DNA of 64,000 bases. Source: Eubacteriales bacterium (GTDB taxonomy: Bacteria > Bacillota > Clostridia > Lachnospirales > Lachnospiraceae). Numbering within the stretch: the stretch's first letter is position 1; each line of letters opens with the position of its first letter. This document shows positions 49,146 through 57,480 of this stretch, in pieces. The DNA is taken from assembly GCA_044425705.1 (NCBI GenBank), contig JAWXVD010000006.1, positions 134 to 64,133 on the forward strand, read 5' to 3'. The translations under genes and the position numbers were made by a program. The notes under the pieces were generated by a model that did no database searches, was not told the DNA's origin, and saw nothing but the letters and a program-made list of their open reading frames with translations.

Positions 49146-50006
49146 TGCATGATATACGATTATATTTAAGCGAATTGTTCTGTAATGAAGAACTAATTTA
49201 TGATAGACAAGAAAATATTTATTATCTTTCGGGTGCGGAGAGAAAAACACTGGAAACCATGGAGTATCTATTAATTGAACGAGTGTTATTAGATACGGGT
49301 GTACTTCGCACTGATGAGATGGATGGGTTGCTTACCCATTTAGCATCAAATGTTAAAGATGCAAGTAAAATGAAATTTAGAGAAAAACAATATATCGGAC
49401 AATATCAGGAACCGCTTCATAAAAAAGCAATTCTTAAAATGCATGGTGATTTGATAATTATGATAACAAATCAGTTTGTTATTAAAATGAATATACTAAA
49501 ATGGATGGAGAGATAGTTGAAAGAGAAGTTGTTCCATGTATCATTAAATACGATTTAGGTTATCTGTATTTGGTAGCTTTTTTACATCCAAGTGATAAAC
49601 CATATCTGGCATATTTTCGATTGGATAGAATCTATTCATTTTCTGTGATTAGAAAGCAGAAAATTGAGGAAATTAATGTGTTGCAGATTATGTCAAGAGT
49701 GGTGCAAAGGGGATTGTTCAGATGTATAGTGGTAGATTTATAGATGTCCTCCTTTCTTGTAAAAAGGAGTTTTATCCATATGTATATGATAAGTTTAGAA
49801 ACTTAGATATTTTGCAAGATGAAGGGGATATTGTAAAGATAAAGGTGCATGTATTTGAAGATGGTTTTATCAAGTGGATGATGAGTCAACCAGTTGAATT
49901 GATACATATTATAGAACCAAAAAGTTTACAAGCGAAAATGGTAAAAGAAGCAAATGAATTATTAAAAGCTTATATGGAGGTACAAAAGAATGGCAAAGAA
50001 GATTAG
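49136..50006 (+). pseudogene. WYL-domain transcriptional regulator, 5'-truncated and frameshifted twice
   Basis: Three consecutive ORFs in different frames together give linker + WYL domain (REVVPCIIKYDLGYLYLVAF...YFRLDRI) + C-terminal domain. The N-terminal wHTH is missing. Frame changes occur near 49484-49492 and 49676-49690. Confidence 0.65.
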
Positions 50007-51109
50007 ATTTTCATTGGAAATGGAGCATGGTGTAGAAGTACGAACATTAGAAGAGTTAAGGAATAATATTGTTTTATTTATCAAATGGCAAGTTGGTTAC
50101 ATGGCTTAGAGATCGATATGAAGATGAAATAGCAGATAAGATTACAGAATTAGATAGTGAAGATAGTGCATTGGCAGAAAAGATATGTGAAATTCTAGGA
50201 GTGGAATATAATGAAGAAGTAATTGCTAATTTGGAAAAAATAGAAGAACGAAATAAAAAATTGAGTATTCTTAAGGAATATACTGAAGAACAGCAATTTT
50301 TAGATGTGGTAGATCAAGTAGCATTTACCCAAGATGATATATATGATTTGTTAGATGAAGGGGAAACAATAATCTATCTTTGCGGTGAAAAATTTTCTGT
50401 TCCACTTAGCAAAAAGGGGATGACTTATATAGGTGTGAATCAACCAACTGTTGTCATTGATTCAAAGAAAATTATTGATTGGGATGAAAAAGACATCAGG
50501 TTTGTTGATGTGAAGTTTGATAAGGTATATCAGAAAATAGTGGAAGATGTGAAACAGGATAGCGAGAGAGTAGATAATAGAACTAGTTATGGTTCTTATA
50601 AAGAGACCTATCTAAAGTCTATGCTTTCGGAAGATGATAAGGTGATTGCAAATCATTGTTATGAGAAATTAATAAGTGAAATTATTGAATTTAACTTTGA
50701 TATAGAAGAGAAAAATGTGAAGTTTGTAGCAATTGTAGATTATGTGAATGTTTTTTTCATTGATGTCATGTCATTAAAGAAAATTTTTAGGTATAGGTCA
50801 ATCATAGATGGGAGTAAAGTCAGGGATACAGAGGAAATTATGACGAATACTGGTTTAGCGATGATTTTTGATTATGAAAAGTTGAATGACTATGGAAAGG
50901 AAATTATGAAATATAGTCATTTACATATGGAAGCTAGGAGCCTTAAGGAAGATTTTTGGTTTCGAGTTTATCCTAATATGAATGATTTTAAAAATAAAGA
51001 ATATAAAATTCAAGCAGCAAAATTGCTAAAAAATCTTTGTAAACAAGAAGAAAATTCTCAAACAGCACATAAGTTTCTTTTATGGACGATATGGAAAATT
51101 ATGATATAG
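49990..51109 (+). pseudogene. Unknown-function gene coupled to the WYL gene, frameshifted near codon 27
   Basis: MAKKIRFSLEMEHGVEVRTLEELRNN (ATG 49990, overlapping the WYL stop) continues in the +1 frame as ..FYLSNGKLVTWLRDRYEDE.. (ORF 50069-51109); the shift maps to GTTTTATTTA. Confidence 0.5.
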
Positions 51110-51242
51110 AAAATCACCATGAATTGTCATTTTCAAAAATAAAATGGTATTATTATGAAATGTTTAGAAAATTATAATAAAATTCATAGTAGTAGGTTGG
51201 TTGTAGTTATTTTGTTAGTGAATAGAGAACAAGGAGCAATAT

Positions 51243-51772
51243 ATGGAAAATAAAACATTAAAATCAAAATTAGTGAGATACATGGATGCAGGGTTTCCTG
51301 TTATCTACATTAACACCTTTGAAGAGGATAAAGTGGATACAATTATAAATGAAATCCATGGTGGTAAGGAAGTTTACGAATGGAATGAAACTAATGGATA
51401 CATAGATTTTGAAACAAAGACACCGATGATTGAGGATTGTACATTGGAGATGATGCTTGACCAATTTAAAATGCAGGAAATGCTCGATAGAAAGATTATT
51501 CTTTTAAAGGACATCAATGTTTATTTAGATGATGCTAGGATTGTTTCTAAGCTGAAAGGTTTGGCTAAAATGATTAGTCAAGGAGCAGATGCGATAGTTA
51601 TTATTGTTTCAAATATTTTGATTATTCCAAAAGAATTAGAAAAATTTATTACTATCTTAGAAATGGATTATTTAAATAGTGAGGAGATTCAGGAAATTGT
51701 CTTAAACTTTATTCAAGATACTAGAGCGGATGTAATAGGGGTTAATTTGGTAGAGGAATTGGCGGTTGCGAA
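51243..51772 (+). pseudogene. Ycf46-like AAA+ ATPase, N-terminal domain only (ATPase core deleted)
   Basis: KLVRYMDAGFPVIYINTFEEDKV resembles the N-domain of Ycf46-type AAA+ proteins. The sensible sequence ends near 51770, before any Walker A motif. Confidence 0.45.
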
Positions 51773-51781
51773 GATGGAATT

Positions 51782-52477
51782 ATGCCTAGTATGGATTATA
51801 GCCATTATCAGACAAAGGATTTGGCCATGTCTATTGGGAAAAATGCAGCTGCTATGGGACTGCAAACAGCAGCTGTCACAACAGGGTTACATATAGCAAA
51901 GAAAATTTTTGAAGGGGAACAAGTAGATGCGGATGAATTGGTGGAAGTGGCAATTAAGACAGGAGCGGACACTTCGATAAAAGTAGTGACAGCAGGAACT
52001 CTTCAAGTTGCTATTAGAAAAGGTATTATCAGTATGATACCAAAAGTCACTCCAGCGGGAGTCATTGCAAATATTGCTTGTGTAGGTATTGAAAATGTAA
52101 AAATTTTAGGAAAAATAGCATCTGGAGAATTATCTATCACAAAAGGTTTAGATCATATGGGAAGAACCACAACCTCTATGGTAGGTGGTTTAGTTGGTAT
52201 GGGAAAGGGAGCTGTTTTAGGAGCAAAATTAACAGCATGGATTCCTGTAATAGGAGCCCCACTAGCTGTAGCAACAGGACTTGTTGGAGGAATGGTTGGC
52301 TACTTTGGTGGTTCTAAAATTGGTGAAACAATTTATAACGCAGGAAAGAAAGTAGCTAGTGTAGCAAAGACAGTAGCGAAAACTGCTGTAAATGGATTGA
52401 AAGAGGTAGGTAGAGCAGTAGTAAGTGGAGTAACAAATTTTGTAAGTGCTATAGCTAGTTTGTTTGGATTTTGCTGA
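51782..52477 (+). CDS. Glycine-zipper-rich membrane protein, function unknown (5' end uncertain)
   Basis: GGLVGMGKGAVLGAKL...GLVGGMVGYFGGSKIG glycine-zipper segments; the frame is open upstream to 51746, so the N-terminus may be truncated. Confidence 0.45.
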   Translation: MPSMDYSHYQTKDLAMSIGKNAAAMGLQTAAVTTGLHIAKKIFEGEQVDADELVEVAIKTGADTSIKVVTAGTLQVAIRKGIISMIPKVTPAGVIANIACVGIENVKILGKIASGELSITKGLDHMGRTTTSMVGGLVGMGKGAVLGAKLTAWIPVIGAPLAVATGLVGGMVGYFGGSKIGETIYNAGKKVASVAKTVAKTAVNGLKEVGRAVVSGVTNFVSAIASLFGFC

Positions 52478-52556
52478 TTCGTCCACTGCTATTTTGAATC
52501 AGCTGAAATGTCGAAAGTTCACAAGGATACTTTGTAATTAGCTTATCAAGGGCCAC

Positions 52557-54170
52557 TTACTTACATCTCTCAAACAAGCTGTGCCATATCACTGGAGCAG
52601 CCCAGAAGAGAATGAGGTAATAGCGTACTAGTACGATAGGACCTAGTAGGTTTGTGACACAGAACAGTATGATGAGTCCTAGCATAACAACGTTGTGATA
52701 ACGTTTCGTTAGTATGGCGTAGGCAAAGGCAAAGAGTAGAAGCCACATATAGGCACCGATAGAAAATAAGTATTTCACAAGTAACATATCTTGAAATAAG
52801 CCATTTCTAGAAACATTCCAGAAAAAGGATGTAATTGCAGGAATGTTATTATCTGCAAAGAGAGGTGCTTCCACATCACAGGAGAAATAACAAGTTGGTG
52901 TAGTATATCGTCCTACTACACCACAATATCCATCGATTAAGGCATTCGGATACCAGGCTTCAAAGGTGTTTTCTATGGTTGCCTCGATATAGATAAGTGG
53001 CGCTTTTAGTCCCACTTTAATCCATAATTTCACAAAGTCTACAGCTGAGGCAGAGTTGCTCTTGATTTCTTGTTTTACAGGATCGGCAATTTTACCATCA
53101 TAGGCATCTATTCCAACTTTATCAATAAAATTATATAATGATTCTAGTTCTTCTGGTTCTAAAAAATCTTCCCCTTTTTCGCTGACGGTTCTTGCTAGTT
53201 GTTGTGCAGGAACAGATAACATTTCGGCAGTACTGATGTTATCAGCTGACAAGATTTGAATGAGTGCCACATTTATCATAAAAACAGCAAGAATGATGCC
53301 AATAAACGCAGAACATATTTTGATGGATTTTTTCCTGAATATGATTATAATAAACGGGATTGCGGCCATATATGCATATATCATGTTATTGCGTAGAAGT
53401 CCTGCAAGTATGCCAGTTATAATAAAACCAATCATATCTGACCCTATAGTTTCTGTATTCTCGTTGCCAATTGCTATAGATTTTTTTAGATAAATTAAAT
53501 TACAGACAAAGAAGGCTGTAAATAAACTATCCTTTGTGGTACAAAGTAAAAACATAATATTAGTTGGTAGGAGTCCGTAAAAAGCAGTAGAGATGATAAC
53601 AGATTTTGTAGACATACCCATTTCATATAAATTTTTTAATACCCATATAAAACAACTTGTAATAATTAACATTTGCAAGAAACAATAACAGAAGCCACCA
53701 AAGTTATAAGAACCAGATGCTTCGCCTATGGTAGTGATGATTTTACCCATAAAAAGAGTGTGGAGTAAAGGGTGATGGGCTGTGTAGACTCCAGTTTGTA
53801 CTTGATTTATTTGTTCATTAAAATCATAACATGCAAAGCCTGGATAGACGCCATACAATACAATTAATCCTACTATATTGAGAAAACTATAGAGGAGTAT
53901 CCAATGTATTTTTTTCAGCTGATAGGATTTTATAGATACAGGGGTGCCGTTTGTCCTGTTTAATAATAATTTGAATAATGAATATATGATAATAAAGAAT
54001 AATATAGAAGAAGTAATAATTTTTACGTATGTTTCAGAGTTATAAAAAAGAATGTGATTGTAGGTATTAATATCTTCACCTAGTACATGAGCAAAAGTGT
54101 ATATGATTGCTAATAGAGCAGAGAGAAAAATTTGTTTTCGATTGGTGTTTTTATTTTTTGTGTTTATCAT
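52557..54170 (-). CDS. Polytopic membrane protein (DUF6020-like, GT-C-type glycosyltransferase-like topology)
   Basis: More than 10 TM segments with one extracytoplasmic loop domain; the family assignment is from recollection only. Confidence 0.55.
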   Translation of the reverse strand: MINTKNKNTNRKQIFLSALLAIIYTFAHVLGEDINTYNHILFYNSETYVKIITSSILFFIIIYSLFKLLLNRTNGTPVSIKSYQLKKIHWILLYSFLNIVGLIVLYGVYPGFACYDFNEQINQVQTGVYTAHHPLLHTLFMGKIITTIGEASGSYNFGGFCYCFLQMLIITSCFIWVLKNLYEMGMSTKSVIISTAFYGLLPTNIMFLLCTTKDSLFTAFFVCNLIYLKKSIAIGNENTETIGSDMIGFIITGILAGLLRNNMIYAYMAAIPFIIIIFRKKSIKICSAFIGIILAVFMINVALIQILSADNISTAEMLSVPAQQLARTVSEKGEDFLEPEELESLYNFIDKVGIDAYDGKIADPVKQEIKSNSASAVDFVKLWIKVGLKAPLIYIEATIENTFEAWYPNALIDGYCGVVGRYTTPTCYFSCDVEAPLFADNNIPAITSFFWNVSRNGLFQDMLLVKYLFSIGAYMWLLLFAFAYAILTKRYHNVVMLGLIILFCVTNLLGPIVLVRYYLILFWAAPVIWHSLFERCK

Positions 54171-54206
54171 AAGTGTGTAATCCTTTTTCTTGTGTATTGT
54201 AATTCA

Positions 54207-54293
54207 AGGGTGAAAATAAATTTTCACTTTCGGCGTTTGTGATTTCACCCTTGCAAGCAAGTGAAATCACTGGATTTAAATATAAAAATAGTA
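54207..54293 (+). repeat. Double-hairpin interspersed repeat, type 1, copy C
   Basis: AGGGTGAAAATAAATTTTCACTTTCGGCGTTTGTGATTTCACCCTTGCAAGCAAGTGAAATCACTGGATTTAAATAT. Confidence 0.8.
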
Positions 54294-54456
54294 TAACAAA
54301 TAATAGTGTTATATTTCAATATAAATAGATTTATATTTTTAAAAATAAGGGTATTGATGTTACATTTCACGTATGAACTTGTAACTTTATGTGGATTTCA
54401 TGAATTGTAAATAGTATAATGAGTAAGAAGTTTTTGAAAATAAGGATTTTTAAATA

Positions 54457-54533
54457 AGGATGAAAATAAATTTTCATCCTCAGCGTCAGTGATTTCACCT
54501 TTGCAAGCAAGTGAAATCACTGGACTTAAATAT
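54457..54533 (+). repeat. Double-hairpin interspersed repeat, type 1, copy D
   Basis: AGGATGAAAATAAATTTTCATCCTCAGCGTCAGTGATTTCACCTTTGCAAGCAAGTGAAATCACTGGACTTAAATAT. Confidence 0.8.
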
Positions 54534-54567
54534 ATGTGTAGATAGTAAACGCGAAGGAGAATCGACA

Positions 54568-55794
54568 ATGACAGTAGCTGAAAGATTTTTAAATTATGTA
54601 GCAATTCATACAAAGAGTGATGATGATAGTACAACTGTTCCAACAACAGGGAGACAATTTGATTTAGCAAATCAATTGGTGGAGGAATTACGAGAATTAG
54701 GAGTAGAAAATGCTGTAGTGGACGAGAAGTGTTATGTATACGCATCTATTCCAGCAGCAGAAGGATTAGAGGAGCAAACCGCCATCGGTTTTATCGCGCA
54801 TATGGATACGGCACCTGATTACTCGGGTGATAAGGTAATGCCTCAAATCATTGAGCATTATGATGGAATGGATGTAAAATTAGGTGATTCGGGAAGAGTA
54901 TTGAGTAGTCAGAAATTTCCTCATTTAAAGAGATGTGTTGGGAGAACATTGATTACTACAGATGGGACTACCTTGTTAGGGGCAGACGATAAGGCTGGTA
55001 TTGCAGAGATTATGGCTTTGGTAGAAGGTATTATGACAGAAGAAATTCCTCATGGAAAAATTTGCATTGGATTCACACCAGATGAAGAAGTGGGACGAGG
55101 TGCAAATCATTTTGATGTAGAGAAGTTTGGTGCAGAACTTGCTTATACTTGTGATGGTGACGAAGAAGGATATGTGGAATTTGATAATTTTAATGCTTCC
55201 AGTGCAACAGTAGAAGTAAAAGGATTTAATGTACACCCTGGAACAGCGAAAAATACTATGGTGAATGCACTTTTAGTAGCTATGGAATTTAATCAGATGT
55301 TGCCATCAGCACAGACACCTAGAGATACAAAGGGATACGAAGGATTTTATCATCTTTGTGAAATGTCGGGTGAAATTGCAAGTGCTACAATGGAGTATAT
55401 TGTTCGTGATCATAGTGCTACAGCTTTTCAAGTGAAATTAGATACGATGAAACATATAGAAGATATTTTAAATCAAAAATATGGTGAAGGTACAGTTACC
55501 CTTACAATAGAAGAGCAATACCGCAATATGCGTGAAAAAATCGAACCACATATGCATTTGATTGAGGTTGCAAAAGAAGCCATTACAATGGCTGGAATTA
55601 CACCTAAAGAACAAGCCATTCGTGGTGGTACTGATGGCGCAAGACTATCATTTATGGGATTGCCTTGTCCAAATCTGGGAACTGGTGGTCATGCATTCCA
55701 CGGTCCATATGAACACATCACAGTAGAAGGCATGGAAAAAGCAGTGGAAATTTTAAAAAATATAGTTTTACTATATGGAAAGAAAGAAAACTAA
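54568..55794 (+). CDS. pepT: Peptidase T (tripeptide aminopeptidase)
   Basis: ERFLNYVAIHTKSDD.., HMDT, GADDKAG, TPDEE, HGPYE M20B motifs; ATG 54568 after AAGGAGA. Confidence 0.9.
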   Translation: MTVAERFLNYVAIHTKSDDDSTTVPTTGRQFDLANQLVEELRELGVENAVVDEKCYVYASIPAAEGLEEQTAIGFIAHMDTAPDYSGDKVMPQIIEHYDGMDVKLGDSGRVLSSQKFPHLKRCVGRTLITTDGTTLLGADDKAGIAEIMALVEGIMTEEIPHGKICIGFTPDEEVGRGANHFDVEKFGAELAYTCDGDEEGYVEFDNFNASSATVEVKGFNVHPGTAKNTMVNALLVAMEFNQMLPSAQTPRDTKGYEGFYHLCEMSGEIASATMEYIVRDHSATAFQVKLDTMKHIEDILNQKYGEGTVTLTIEEQYRNMREKIEPHMHLIEVAKEAITMAGITPKEQAIRGGTDGARLSFMGLPCPNLGTGGHAFHGPYEHITVEGMEKAVEILKNIVLLYGKKEN

Positions 55795-56896
55795 GACAGG
55801 TGGCAGTGTTTTGTTTTCTTATGCGAAAGGTAAGGGAGATAGTAAACAAGCGAAAGACACATTTGGTACAACATGTACCATGTTATTGATTTTTGGTGTT
55901 TTATTATTGCTCGGGTTACAATGTTACAAAGAACTTTTAGTTTTACTTGGTGCTAGTGGAGAAGTATATATAGAAGCCGAAAAATACAGTAAAATTATTG
56001 TGCGAGGGTGTATTATACAGATTATCGGAACAGGAATTTTACCTATTTTAAGGAATATGGGAATGGCACTGGCGGGTATGTGTTGTATGATTACTGGTTT
56101 GGTAGTCAATATTAGTGTGAATTATTATTTAATGATGGTAGTTGGCTTAGGTATCCAAGGAGCAGCCTATGGTACTGTCATTGCCCAAAGTATTGTCATT
56201 ATCATTGGTCTCATGTTGTTGTGGAGGAAAGGTGATTATAAGATTTGTTTTGGAAAAAATATAAAAATAGCATCTCATATTTTACAGTCGGGAGTGACAC
56301 CCTTTGGTATCTATTTGGCACCTTCTATTACATTGATTTTTACTAATTGGCAATGTATCGCTTATGGTGGAGATGCTGTGGTTGCCTGTTATGCCGTGAT
56401 TTCATATATTGCATTTCCTGTTATGGCAATGTTATCAGGAGTGGGAGATGGAACCCAACCTTTAATTAGCTTTTACTATGGAGCGGGTCGATTGGATGAA
56501 GTGGCACAGGTGAAAAAAATCTCTTACATACTGATTACAGTAATCGGTGGAATTTCTACTATACTTACTGTGATCTTATCTGCTAAAGTTGGTATCTGGT
56601 TTGGTCTTTCTTTAGATGCAATTAGTTTTCTAATGGTAGGTTTAAGTATTACAGCTATTTCATTTCTCATAGCAGGGTATTCAAAATTTAATATTTCATT
56701 TTTAAATGCTACTATGAGGGCTAAGCAAGCAGTTTCATTGACGTATTTAGAAAGTCTCTTTGTAAATCCGGTCTTGTTGTTTTTGTTGCCATTGGTTATG
56801 AATGTAATTGGTATTTGGATTGCGACTATTGTAACAGCAATTATTATGTTGGGTATTTATATGTTGATTACCAGGAAAAGTAGATTTACAAGTTAG
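55775..56896 (+). pseudogene. MATE-family efflux transporter lacking the first ~70 codons
   Basis: The sequence from GGSVLFSYAKGKGDSKQAKDTF onward matches MATE from the end of TM2. The reading frame begins inside the pepT 3' end, with no promoter/SD region of its own. Confidence 0.6.
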
Positions 56897-57000
56897 ATTT
56901 TTTTGATTTATAATAAATGGTTTATTGTTGAAAAACTGGGTGTAGCAGATGATTTTTCGTATAGAATATATAGTGTTGGTAATTCTAATGAGTATACTAT

Positions 57001-57070
57001 GGTGAAAATAAAATTTTCCCCACGGCAATTTGTCTCTTTCGAGCCAAAGTTGCTAGGCTGAGAGAAAGTG
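57001..57070 (+). repeat. Double-hairpin interspersed repeat, type 2 (chimeric variant)
   Basis: Shares the first hairpin GGTGAAAATAAAATTTTCC with type 1 but carries a different second hairpin TCTCTTTCGAGCC-AAAGTTGCTA-GGCTGAGAGAAAG. Confidence 0.6.
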
Positions 57071-57139
57071 ATGATTATTAGTATAAGTATGACTAGAGTG
57101 CAATAGTTATCAGTAAAATATATGAAATGGAGAAATGCT

Positions 57140-57307
57140 ATGAAACCGAGAGAGTTAGACAAATCAATTAGAACAACGCCAAAAGGAGTTTATGAAGGTG
57201 GAGTCATTACCGAAGAGAAGAAACAGAAAACAGCGACAATGGAAGAAATGATTCGAGATGCACAAGACAACGGGTATGTAGTGCCAAAAAGAAAAAAATC
57301 AAAATGA
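57140..57307 (+). CDS. Small basic protein, unknown function
   Basis: 55-codon ORF with SD GGAGA 6 nt upstream and a terminator downstream. Confidence 0.4.
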   Translation: MKPRELDKSIRTTPKGVYEGGVITEEKKQKTATMEEMIRDAQDNGYVVPKRKKSK

Positions 57308-57317
57308 TTTTCAGTTG

Positions 57318-57355
57318 AAAGTAATGGTTTCGTTTATGGAATCATTACTTTTTCG
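57318..57355 (+). terminator. Rho-independent terminator
   Basis: AAAGTAATG / CATTACTTT stem extended by 3 further pairs, T-rich tail. Confidence 0.55.
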
Positions 57356-57384
57356 GTATGAGTGATTTGCTTAAAATAATTTAG

Positions 57385-57413
57385 TTGACTAAAGTGATGT
57401 GAAGTTGTAGAAT
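57385..57413 (+). promoter_or_regulatory. Putative sigma-A promoter of serC-serA
   Basis: TTGACT, 17 nt spacer, TAGAAT. Confidence 0.45.
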
Positions 57414-57435
57414 ATGACTTGTGTAACAATAAAAT

Positions 57436-57462
57436 TTTTCACATAAATTAATTATGTGAAAA
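57436..57462. promoter_or_regulatory. Perfect 11-bp-arm palindrome in the serC 5' UTR
   Basis: TTTTCACATAA-ATTAA-TTATGTGAAAA between the promoter and the SD. Confidence 0.4.
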
Positions 57463-57480
57463 AACAAGGAGGAATGGAAA

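Noticed and set aside
47420-52556. Prophage or integrative element call for the leuS-downstream island
   Set aside because: No integrase, recombinase, transposase, phage structural gene or flanking tRNA was seen. Only the inverted and direct repeats at the left border were found, so mobility cannot be claimed.
54511-54567. Upstream GTG start for pepT
   Set aside because: The GTG lies inside repeat copy D (GTGAAATCACTGG). AAGGAGA precedes ATG 54568, which gives the canonical PepT N-terminus.
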